Part shown: positions 1-8,471 of the stretch, one piece after another
How positions within the stretch are numbered: position 1 is the stretch's first letter
Layout of the letters: the number at the start of each line of letters is the position of its first letter
Notes under the pieces: generated by a model
What the model saw: the letters and a program-made list of their open reading frames with translations, nothing else
Databases searched by the model: none
What the model was told of the DNA's origin: nothing
Translations under genes and position numbers: made by a program
Source of the DNA: Candidatus Micrarchaeota archaeon
GTDB lineage: Archaea; Micrarchaeota; Micrarchaeia; Micrarchaeales; CABMGC01
Direction: 5' to 3'
Assembly: GCA_027319905.1 (NCBI GenBank)
Contig: DAHVMJ010000001.1
Location: forward strand, 32,001 to 96,000
DNA: 64,000 nucleotides

Positions 1-2160
1 CCTGCCGACCGCATGTATGCCGCCGCACGCCTCCGCGTCTATCAGCTTGCCCTCTTTGGTTGTTATCGTGACTATGCGCATCCTCTTTGCTGGCGCACCG
101 TGGCCCTGGTAGATTGAGAAGCCGTATCTGCTCTCTGCTTTCCCGCGGCTCATCTCCTCAGCCTTCACCCTTATGCCGTTGAAGAGCCAGGCGTTGACCA
201 TTGTCTCTATCGCCTTGACCTCTTTCTCGCTCAGCTTGTCATAGTGGGCTATGTCTATGTGCGCCTTGTGCTCCTCCTTCTTTGCGCCTTCCTGCCATGC
301 GTGCTCTCCCAGCACCTTCCTCGCGGCTGCACTGATCAGGTGCGTGGCGGTGTGATGCGCTATTATCGCGTCCCTGCGTTCCGCGTCTACAACCGCATCG
401 ACTATCTCCCCCTTCTTCATGCCGCTGCTCTTTTCGGTGAAGTGCACTATGATGTCGCCCACTTTCTGTACGTCGGTTATCTTGATTCCGTCAACAGTGC
501 CGGTGTCCGCAACCTGTCCCCCGCCTTCGGGGTAGAAGGGAGTCTTGTCTAGAACGACGTGGTTGCCTTTCGCGAAAAGCACCTTTGCCTTTGTGTTTGT
601 TACGAAGTCGTAGTAAAGCTTCTTTGTCGGAGGCAGGTCTTTTGGAAGCGAGACTGCCAAGGGCGTCTTCTTCTCTTTCTTTGCCATGTCTGCCTTGACC
701 ATCTCCGTGTACGCTCCTTCGGGCAGCTCAAGCCTGATCTTCTTCTCTGCCGCAACTTTTGCGATGAGTTCTGGCGTGGCGCCCTGGCTCTCGTACAGGG
801 TCTTCATCTGCTCTCTTGTTATCGTGCTGTTCTTGGAGAGCAACACCTCCACAGCACGTCTTGCGCCTTCCCGTGCGCGCCCGTATCTGTCCCTCTCCAC
901 GTCAACGACCTTAGAGAAGACATCGTGCTTGCCCGCCAGTTCGGGATACATGGGCTTAAGCTCGTCCGCGATTAACTCTGCGAGCGTTTTCAACTCTATC
1001 TTGAAGCCATATTCCTCTATGAAGTCGAACGCGCGCCTGAGCAGTATCCTGAGATTGTAGCCGCCGCCCACGTTCGAGGGCAGAGAGCCGTCGTTTACTG
1101 CGAAGAGCAGCGTGCGGGTATGGTCGAGAAGCGCGTATGCAGCCTGCATCGGCTTTATCTTCTTCTCGTAATCGCGAGGGCTTATCTTCGCTTCCAGGAG
1201 TACGTGCCTTTCCTCTTCTGCGTAGTTGCGCACATCCTCGCGGTTCAGTACTCCCGCATACCTGGCAAATTTGGCATAGAAGCCACGGTCGAATTCTGTG
1301 TTGAGCTCGTCCTCAACCTTCGCGAGCGTGTTGCTGAAGACTGCATCGTAGGCAGTGGGAAGCCCGGTATAGAACCAGAAGTTGCGTTCGAATCCCCAGC
1401 CAGTGTCAACCACCTTGCCTGACAGTTCTCCAATCTTTCCATCGCTCAATTCAAACTGCGTGAAGACGTTGTTGCCCAGCTCTGCGCCCTTGGCAAAGAA
1501 CTCCAGACTCGGACCGAACTCTGAGAAATCGGGCATCGCCCACACGTCTTCCTGATATCTTATCTCCTCTTCCTCTATGCCCATTATCTTTGTCAGGAAG
1601 TTGAAGTTAAGCTCTATTGTCTTGTCGCGCCAATAGCCCTCTTTGGGATAGTTGAATGATGTCTGATTGGCCATGACGAAGGTGGTGAAGTGCCTGCCCG
1701 TAACGCCGACGTTCTCTATGTCCTTGAACCTGAGGCACGGTTGAGGAACGAGAAGCGGGTTTGCGCTGTATTCGAAGCTCATGCGTCCATTCTCTATGCG
1801 CTGGAAATCCTGTATGCCTGCTATGGTAAAGTAGAGATCCTGGCGCCACCTGCTTACCACGGGATACCTCTTTACTATCGCGTGACCGTTTCTCCTGAAG
1901 AAGCCTGAGAATTTTTTCCAGAAGTCTGTGTAGCTTATGCCATCTGGCCTTTCCTTGAAGAACGAGTACGGCGTGTGTATCGAGTCGCCGCAATTGTTTG
2001 TTTCGGCTATGCCCCAGAACCATTTCCCGCAGATGCGACACCTCTGCCTCTTGAAGCCCCTTTCCCCGAATAGCTTAGTTGAGTAGTACTCCTCAGAGCG
2101 CTTGGAAAATTCTGAGATCAGCGCAGTCTTGCTCACTTTCTCTGGACTTATAGCAATCAT
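1..2160 (-). CDS. alaS: Alanyl-tRNA synthetase (3' end runs off the window)
   Basis: Not in the ORF track because it is truncated. Reads MIAISPEKVSK... from ATG at 2160; contains FTIAGIQDFQ, GRHFTTFVMA, FYPEGGGQVADTG and the editing motifs HHTATH and EACGGIH. Confidence 0.95.
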   Translation of the reverse strand, partial: MIAISPEKVSKTALISEFSKRSEEYYSTKLFGERGFKRQRCRICGKWFWGIAETNNCGDSIHTPYSFFKERPDGISYTDFWKKFSGFFRRNGHAIVKRYPVVSRWRQDLYFTIAGIQDFQRIENGRMSFEYSANPLLVPQPCLRFKDIENVGVTGRHFTTFVMANQTSFNYPKEGYWRDKTIELNFNFLTKIMGIEEEEIRYQEDVWAMPDFSEFGPSLEFFAKGAELGNNVFTQFELSDGKIGELSGKVVDTGWGFERNFWFYTGLPTAYDAVFSNTLAKVEDELNTEFDRGFYAKFARYAGVLNREDVRNYAEEERHVLLEAKISPRDYEKKIKPMQAAYALLDHTRTLLFAVNDGSLPSNVGGGYNLRILLRRAFDFIEEYGFKIELKTLAELIADELKPMYPELAGKHDVFSKVVDVERDRYGRAREGARRAVEVLLSKNSTITREQMKTLYESQGATPELIAKVAAEKKIRLELPEGAYTEMVKADMAKKEKKTPLAVSLPKDLPPTKKLYYDFVTNTKAKVLFAKGNHVVLDKTPFYPEGGGQVADTGTVDGIKITDVQKVGDIIVHFTEKSSGMKKGEIVDAVVDAERRDAIIAHHTATHLISAAARKVLGEHAWQEGAKKEEHKAHIDIAHYDKLSEKEVKAIETMVNAWLFNGIRVKAEEMSRGKAESRYGFSIYQGHGAPAKRMRIVTITTKEGKLIDAEACGGIHAVGR

Positions 2161-3036
2161 TCACTTACCCGTCCACCACGCCTTGCACTCATTTCCGAAG
2201 AACTTGCAGAACCTGCATTTCCAGTTCTCAGCCTCGACTACTGGAGCGGATTCCCTCTCGCCGTTCCAGAACTTCATCGCGTAGGCCACGCTGTCCATTA
2301 TCTCGTTCTCGTTGTACTCTATTTCGGTACTGCTTATCTGCTTTCCGCTGAACCTGTCAACGTACACCACCTCGACCCTGTCGCTGAGCTCCGGAAGCGC
2401 GTATATCTCGTTGAACATCTTTTCTGATATGGAGTATGGATTGATCAGCTCGTCCCTGACACCCATCGCCTGCAGCTCGCGCTTGAATACATCAGAAAGG
2501 CCGTTCTTTGTCAGTCCGTATATCTTGGTAAAGTTCTCGTGCGTATATCTCTTCGCCTTTATGTCTCCAAGCATCTTCCTGTATAGCTTCACCTGCACAA
2601 GATGGGGTCGCGAATATACTTCTGTCAACTTCCTGTTCGCATCTGTCGTCTTGCGCTCTATAACCTTCGCCTTGCCCTCTACTATTTTCATCTCGTCTAT
2701 CTGGCCGGAGAGCTTGTAGCCGTTTATCGAGCCGTAGATCCTTAACTCCCTGCAGATTCCCTTGTCTTTAAGCGAGAGCAGCGAGCGATAGTTCTCGTAC
2801 GCTATCTTGTACATGAGGTCCTCGTAGGTAACGGGTTCTATCGTGAGCGGCACATAGACCTCGTCCTGCAGAGCCTCGTGCATCTGCTTCCCCCGTTCCA
2901 TGAACTTCGTGTACTTCTTCCCGTAGAGGTAGTTGAACTCCATCTGCCTCTCACACCAGAACTGATTTGCTATGTCTGTCACTAGTATCGAGCTCTTCCC
3001 GAGCCTCTTGAGAACACCACTTCCCCCAACCTGCAC
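2161..3036 (-). CDS. Exonuclease V (Exo5)/Cas4-like PD-(D/E)xK nuclease with Fe-S ligands
   Basis: VTDIANQFWCE...GKQMHEALQDEV N-terminus, SGQIDE...IERKT nuclease motif, QxxxY, C-terminal CRFC-x5-C. Confidence 0.8.
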   Translation of the reverse strand: MQVGGSGVLKRLGKSSILVTDIANQFWCERQMEFNYLYGKKYTKFMERGKQMHEALQDEVYVPLTIEPVTYEDLMYKIAYENYRSLLSLKDKGICRELRIYGSINGYKLSGQIDEMKIVEGKAKVIERKTTDANRKLTEVYSRPHLVQVKLYRKMLGDIKAKRYTHENFTKIYGLTKNGLSDVFKRELQAMGVRDELINPYSISEKMFNEIYALPELSDRVEVVYVDRFSGKQISSTEIEYNENEIMDSVAYAMKFWNGERESAPVVEAENWKCRFCKFFGNECKAWWTGK

Positions 3037-3049
3037 ACGAACGCCTATG

Positions 3050-3108
3050 TATCAGACCGCCTATCTCTCGTCATCGCCTAAGCTCAGCGATCACCTTTGT
3101 CATCATAT
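3050..3108 (-). ncRNA. Box C/D methylation-guide sRNA
   Basis: Minus strand: box C ATGATGA (3106-3100), 12-nt guide, D' CTGA (3087-3084), C' ATGACGA (3074-3068), 12-nt guide, D CTGA (3055-3052). TATA-like TTTATAAT about 25 nt upstream. Confidence 0.88.
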
Positions 3109-3142
3109 GCATTTTTATTCGTTAAACAGGATTATAAACGCT

Positions 3143-3778
3143 ATGCGACTTCTTTCCGAATACGATCTCTTCATCTTTGATTGGGACCACACGTTGACAA
3201 CATCTACTCTCGCTGTTGGTCTCCTCGGAATGGCGAGGGCGCACTCCAAGAAGGCGCGCGCAGAGAAACTGAGGAACATGAGCTCAGCCGATTTTTCAGC
3301 TAAGAACGTGGAGGTAAAAGAAGAGGTTAGCAGAATCTACTCGTTTTTCGATGATGTATATTCTTTCGTTTTCTGCCCTCGGCTCAAACGCGATGCGGTT
3401 CCTCTGCTGGAATTTCTTAAGAAGAGGAAGAAAAAGGTGGCGATCTTCAGCGACTCAAAGGCATACAGGCTGCTTAAGGAGATGAGGGTTCTGGGCGTAG
3501 CTGATTATGTTGATTTTGCCCTCGCCGCGGAGTCGATAGGCCGCTACAAACCAGACCCGACAGGGCTGCTTGTGGTGATGGGTAGATTCCGCGCACGCAG
3601 GAAGAGAAGTATTTACATAGGAGATATGGCGGGCGACATGCTCACGGCGCGCCTGGCTGGAATCGCATCTGTGGGAGTGGCAGACGGTATAGCTTCTGCA
3701 GACGAGCTGCGCGCAGAGAAGCCAATCCGTGTGTTCCCACACCTTGGTGCGCTTCTTCGCGAGATGGAATCTGCTTGA
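3143..3778 (+). CDS. HAD-superfamily hydrolase (phosphoglycolate phosphatase-like)
   Basis: FDWDHTL motif I, KPDP motif III, YIGDMAGD motif IV. Start placed at ATG 3143. Confidence 0.88.
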   Translation: MRLLSEYDLFIFDWDHTLTTSTLAVGLLGMARAHSKKARAEKLRNMSSADFSAKNVEVKEEVSRIYSFFDDVYSFVFCPRLKRDAVPLLEFLKKRKKKVAIFSDSKAYRLLKEMRVLGVADYVDFALAAESIGRYKPDPTGLLVVMGRFRARRKRSIYIGDMAGDMLTARLAGIASVGVADGIASADELRAEKPIRVFPHLGALLREMESA

Positions 3779-3888
3779 CACGGATTCGCTCTTCCGACGT
3801 AAACATAGGTTTATATAGGCAACAATGCAAATAACAACTACTTGCAGACAGCTTACAGCTAATTCTGCAGATATAAGAGGAAAATAAA

Positions 3889-4176
3889 ATGGCATACGGA
3901 GAAGACGAAGAAGGAGGACACGGCAGAGGCGAGAGAGGAGAAAGGAGAGGAATGAACCCCAACTATTTCCTGCCCAAGCCTGTCAAGGTCGGAGATGTAC
4001 TGGAGGTGACCATAGAAGGGTCTGCCTCAAGAGGAGACGGAATAGCGAAGAAGGACGGCTTTGTGATCTTTGTGAAGGGAGCGAAGCCTGGAGACAAGCT
4101 GACAGTCAAGGTAACTGACGTCAGAACCAGATTCGCAATCGGCGAACCGACTGACGCGGCAGCACCAGCAGCTTAG
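3889..4176 (+). CDS. Single-TRAM-domain RNA-binding protein
   Basis: PKPVKVGDVLEVTIE...GDGIAKKDGFVIFVKGAKPGDK...RFAIGE is the typical archaeal stand-alone TRAM pattern. Confidence 0.9.
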   Translation: MAYGEDEEGGHGRGERGERRGMNPNYFLPKPVKVGDVLEVTIEGSASRGDGIAKKDGFVIFVKGAKPGDKLTVKVTDVRTRFAIGEPTDAAAPAA

Positions 4177-4235
4177 GCTTAACTTTTCTTTTTGCTAAGA
4201 AAGGTATGGCTGGCTAGCGCAAGCCATATGCGCAA

Positions 4236-5693
4236 TCAGTTCGTGCTCTCTTCCTGCTTTTCGAGCGCATCTATGAGGTGCAGCGCGCCCTCTACCGAAG
4301 GCGTGGCGTTGAAGAACTGTTTGGAAGTAGCCTTAAGGCTGTCGTTGTAGCCGTCTATCATTATGCTTATCAGCTTGGCTTTGCTGCTCTTAAACGCCTT
4401 CTTCCAGTTGTCCACGTAGTCGTAGCCGTCGGTTATCAGCACAATTGAGTTCGTGGACCTCCATATGTCGTCATTTCTTAGGTCCCTAAGCGAGGTTGCA
4501 AGAGCCTTGTTAATGTTCGTCCCTCCCCCTTCGCCCTGGGTGATCAACGCGTTCATCACCTTGTCCGGCTCGGACTGCCTAGCATAGGTTTTGTCGTCGA
4601 AGAATCTGAGGTAGTAGGGCCTGTGCTCCCTCCTTGCGAGTATGAGAATTGCGAGCGCGACGCTCCTTGCCCACACGGTTTTCTCGCCATACATACTTCC
4701 AGATATGTCCAGGAGCACGTAGTAGGCTCCGGGCGCGTCATCGACCGTCGTGTTTATCGTTATTCCCTTTTTCCCCTCTACGGTTATCCCATACCTTGTC
4801 CTGGATTCCAGCTCGCCCATTATCAGCTTGCGCTCGAATATCGCGTCGGGCATCGCAAGCTCCTTTGGGAGAACGTCCTGGATGTTGTGCGTGAAGCGAT
4901 AGCCAGGGCCGACTTCGCCGTGCTTGCTCTCGTTTACCTTTACGAATGACTCCTCGGTTACCTTCTGTGACTTCTTCTGTGAGGTGAGTATCTTCTCCAC
5001 GTCGTGAGCCGAAAGTATCTGCGCGGCCAAATCTATTATCTCGCGAGACATCTCGGTTTCCTCGTGAGAGTAGCCCATTCCGAGAGCATGCGCCGCGTTT
5101 TTCCCTCCTTTTCCTATCGCAGATGCCATGTTGGCCAAGGTGTCTGAAACGTCCTGGTTCATTATGTCTCTAAGTTTTGAGATCCCGTTCCTAACTTTCC
5201 CATTTACGTCGTTCGGCTCGGCTTGTTCTTCTATCTGCTCTTCTATCTGCCTCTCGTTCTCTGCCTCCTCCCTCTTCTTTTCCTCGAGCTCATCGCGTTT
5301 CTTCTGCAACTCTTTCAGGAAGAACTCTGTCTTCTTTGCCGCCACCTGCGTCGATTCGTTGTCGTGCAGAAGCGTCTGCTCCCTGGAGCTTTTGTACTCT
5401 TCGCTCTGCGCGTACTGCTCCATCAGGCCGCGCACATACTCCATCGCCGGATCCTCGTTCTTCTGTACCACCATAGGTCTGAGCGAGTACTGGAGCTGGT
5501 ATGCGTCTGAGAATACTGTCTTTGCCTCTGGCATGGAAAAGAGCTGGGGATCGCCGCCGGGCACCTGGGCCGGGTCGCTAAGCTTTTCCACTGCCTGCTC
5601 TAGCTTCGCCTCGGCTCTCTTCTGGCTGTAGACCAGGAGGTTGCTCTGTATGTTGCGCTTCTTGTTTTCCTTTTTCTCAGGCACGCGAACCAC
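4236..5693 (-). CDS. vWA-domain protein (ViaA/CoxE-like partner of MoxR ATPase)
   Basis: MIDAS motif LLDISGSMYG, GGGTNI, LITDG; N-terminal acidic coiled coil. Confidence 0.85.
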   Translation of the reverse strand: MVRVPEKKENKKRNIQSNLLVYSQKRAEAKLEQAVEKLSDPAQVPGGDPQLFSMPEAKTVFSDAYQLQYSLRPMVVQKNEDPAMEYVRGLMEQYAQSEEYKSSREQTLLHDNESTQVAAKKTEFFLKELQKKRDELEEKKREEAENERQIEEQIEEQAEPNDVNGKVRNGISKLRDIMNQDVSDTLANMASAIGKGGKNAAHALGMGYSHEETEMSREIIDLAAQILSAHDVEKILTSQKKSQKVTEESFVKVNESKHGEVGPGYRFTHNIQDVLPKELAMPDAIFERKLIMGELESRTRYGITVEGKKGITINTTVDDAPGAYYVLLDISGSMYGEKTVWARSVALAILILARREHRPYYLRFFDDKTYARQSEPDKVMNALITQGEGGGTNINKALATSLRDLRNDDIWRSTNSIVLITDGYDYVDNWKKAFKSSKAKLISIMIDGYNDSLKATSKQFFNATPSVEGALHLIDALEKQEESTN

Positions 5694-5705
5694 CCCCTAA
5701 CGAGG

Positions 5706-7013
5706 TCAATTCAGGTCTTCCTCATCGCGCTTCTTGACCGCAGCCTTTGCCTCCACCACGAGGTCAGATAGGTAGCTCGTGAACTCGGGCATCTTTGGAT
5801 CGTTCTTCATTGTTCCCAGAAGCGTGTCGGCGTTGGCTATCTCTCTCCTCAGCGCCTTGAAGGTTATTTCGCTGGGCGTCGTCTTTGCTATCTCTTCCAT
5901 TTCCTTCAGCTTCTGGAACTCCTCCTCGACCTTCTCTATCTTCTCCTGGGTTAAGCTCAGCTTCTGCTCTACTATGATGCGCTCTATCTTTGCCAGGTCG
6001 TCCTGTGTGTTGGGCCCGCAGTAGTAGAGCGAGAGCGCGAGGTCCTCCCTATCGACATCCTTGTTACCTCTCAGGTATGAGAACGCAACGGCCAGCCTCG
6101 CCAGGCTTATGTCCGTCCTGGTTGAGGGGTGTATGCCTTTCTCTCTCAGCGCTACAACAAGGTTGGCTATGGTCGATGTGAATGCGGGATTGTTTGCGAA
6201 CCTCAGTGTCTTGTCGTTTACCTCGAGCTGTATGTTGCCGAGGTCATTTACCGAAAGCGGCTTCTTCCTTGTAACCTGGGCCATCGCCTTTGCCTTGAGC
6301 CCCTCGAGCTCCTTTTCGAGCAGCTCTACCTCTCCGTTCAGCCCCTTGCTTATTGCTGACGGAAGCAGCTCCTTCTGGACTTCATTGAAGAACACCCTCA
6401 CCGGGAATCGGCTGTACAATGCCATGTCCTCCTCTGCGGTGGGAGTTGTGTTGGTTGCGGTGAAGAACGCTCGGTACTTGAGGTGCTCCACTGAGTCGCC
6501 CTCCACGACCTCGTGCTTCGACAGGACGTCGAGCATCAGGTCCCTTATGTTCCTTCCGCCTCTCATGAGTTCGTCTATGAACACTATGTCAGAGTTGTAT
6601 ATTGCGCTGTGTATCCTGGTCAAATGGCCCTTCTTGTAGTCCTCTATGTTTATCGGGCCGAGAACCGAGTCCTTGTCGGTTTCTGGGGTGGCAGGGTAGT
6701 AGAAGTAGCTTGCGCCGTCTATCCCCCACGCCAATTCATCTATTATCCTAGTTTTGCCCTCCCCCCACAGCCCAATCTCTATTGCGGGCTTGAACGCTAT
6801 CATAGAGGCGAGAATCGCAGACACTGGAGACTCCAGACCAGCGAACTCGCCGCTTACCTGCGAATAGAGAGTCTGAAGCTTCTTCTGCTTCTCTTCTGTA
6901 GAGTTGCCGAAAGGTCTCGAAAGCATGCGAAGAAGCTTGTCGAACACGTTCTGGTCAACGGCCTCCTGCTGCACGCTCGCCATAACATTCCTTGCCCCAG
7001 TAATTCCACTCAT
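5706..7013 (-). CDS. MoxR/RavA-family AAA+ ATPase
   Basis: Walker A GLWGEGKT, SVLGP, Walker B IVFIDE, TATN sensor, LYSRF arginine finger, lid STR; directly upstream of the vWA gene. Confidence 0.85.
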   Translation of the reverse strand: MSGITGARNVMASVQQEAVDQNVFDKLLRMLSRPFGNSTEEKQKKLQTLYSQVSGEFAGLESPVSAILASMIAFKPAIEIGLWGEGKTRIIDELAWGIDGASYFYYPATPETDKDSVLGPINIEDYKKGHLTRIHSAIYNSDIVFIDELMRGGRNIRDLMLDVLSKHEVVEGDSVEHLKYRAFFTATNTTPTAEEDMALYSRFPVRVFFNEVQKELLPSAISKGLNGEVELLEKELEGLKAKAMAQVTRKKPLSVNDLGNIQLEVNDKTLRFANNPAFTSTIANLVVALREKGIHPSTRTDISLARLAVAFSYLRGNKDVDREDLALSLYYCGPNTQDDLAKIERIIVEQKLSLTQEKIEKVEEEFQKLKEMEEIAKTTPSEITFKALRREIANADTLLGTMKNDPKMPEFTSYLSDLVVEAKAAVKKRDEEDLN

Positions 7014-7142
7014 CGTATCACTTGGTTAGTGCATGTGCGGTTTCCTGTATTTAAGCATAGGTAAAATTCGCACTTTTAACAGTATAAATTGTTATTTTGA
7101 ACTATCGGGGCTGGCACCTAGAGGAAACGGTGCGGGGGCTGT

Positions 7143-7883
7143 CTAGTCGCGCAGCAGACCCCGCTTCTTCTCATGGATGTTTGGCCTCTCGGCTTCTGGG
7201 CATACGTTGTTGCTCTCCTTGTGAATCTCGCCGATCATCTGGATCACGCCATTCAAGTCCACTTTTGCCGAGGAAACGTTGCCATTCACCTGTGAGAAGG
7301 TGGGCGCCTCGTCGAGTATCTTTCCTATCCTGCTGACAAATGCCATCGTGCCGCCGTTCCCGACCTTGCTGTAGCTGAAGTATATGGCGTCTGTGAGGTG
7401 GAGATAGCCGGAAAGTACTTTGCTCTTCAGATTGCCTCCGGTGAACAACGATAAAATATCTATTTCGGGAAGCGCCATCAGCGGAAAGGCCTGATCGCAG
7501 AATTTTGTTAGTACTGAGAGCGCGTCGCTTGTCAGCCCTGGATCTTTTTCGAGAGCGTGCACCAGTATCCCAGCCTCCATGCCGAAGAGTGCTGTCTGCG
7601 ACACGAAAGAGTATTCCATTAGCCTCTCCATGTAGAGCACTATGCTTGAAAGCGTCTCGGTTGAGACCGGCGCGTTCTTCTTGATCTTCTTTACCAGCTC
7701 CTCCCCAGGTCCGGCGAGAAGGAAGTCATTCAGGATTTTGTCAGAGATCTCCTTAGGCAGAAGTTTCGATCTGGGCACGGTGTCTTCTTTCAGTAGTGCT
7801 TCTGCTATTTCCGTGCCAAACTTTTCCTGGAGCCTTGAGCGGACATCTGCGCTCTTGTGACCGAACACCATGCCAGCAACCAA
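7143..7883 (-). CDS. Hypothetical protein
   Basis: 246-aa ORF with protein-like composition and no recognised motif. Start may be ATG 7871. Confidence 0.65.
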   Translation of the reverse strand: MVAGMVFGHKSADVRSRLQEKFGTEIAEALLKEDTVPRSKLLPKEISDKILNDFLLAGPGEELVKKIKKNAPVSTETLSSIVLYMERLMEYSFVSQTALFGMEAGILVHALEKDPGLTSDALSVLTKFCDQAFPLMALPEIDILSLFTGGNLKSKVLSGYLHLTDAIYFSYSKVGNGGTMAFVSRIGKILDEAPTFSQVNGNVSSAKVDLNGVIQMIGEIHKESNNVCPEAERPNIHEKKRGLLRD

Positions 7884-7964
7884 TCCGTCTTTGACGCCGT
7901 GGTTTATAATGATTTCTCAGGTTTTGTAACGCGAGGGCTCTGGCTATATAAGCTTGACAGAGAT

Positions 7965-8471
7965 ATGGGGAATGTTGCCATGGCCGTTGTTTCGCAGAGG
8001 AAGGTGATGCGGTTACAGCGCACAATGCTTGTGATAAGGCGCTGCCCTTTCTGCCTGAATGACACAGAGCAGAATGCCTACTACGCGCACAAGCCGGATC
8101 TGAGGATAACGGCTGCACTGGGCGGCAAGGAGTTCGTGCTGGAATGGCAGGGCCGCATGCCTTTCGAATGGTACGGCATAGCAGAGTGCAAGGAGTGCGG
8201 CAATGCATATGTGGTTCAGGGGGCGATTCCGCAGATAAACAAGGATATAACGGGTGTGACAAACCCCCAGGAAGTGCGATTGGCATACACGTGCTGTGAT
8301 TTCTGCGTGCACGAGGAGATGAGCTATGTGCTGGCAAACATGCTAATCACGCTTAGGAACGGGAAGAGCATCTACCTCTGCGAAAGACATGCTGACGCGA
8401 TCAAAAGAGAGAAAGGAAAACGCGACGGCTACGACTTCCTGATTCCAAAGGTTGCTGCGTGGAAGGGCTAA
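7965..8471 (+). CDS. Putative zinc-binding protein
   Basis: CPFC, CKEC, CDFC and CERH motifs. Start placed at the ATG after TATA-like CTATATAA. Confidence 0.7.
   Translation: MGNVAMAVVSQRKVMRLQRTMLVIRRCPFCLNDTEQNAYYAHKPDLRITAALGGKEFVLEWQGRMPFEWYGIAECKECGNAYVVQGAIPQINKDITGVTNPQEVRLAYTCCDFCVHEEMSYVLANMLITLRNGKSIYLCERHADAIKREKGKRDGYDFLIPKVAAWKG

Noticed and set aside
244..2284. Multiple short ORFs listed over the first 2.3 kb
   Set aside because: They are shadows of alaS, which the ORF track missed because it is truncated.
2161..3036. CRISPR-Cas locus suggested by a Cas4-like gene
   Set aside because: No other cas genes and no repeat-spacer array in the window.
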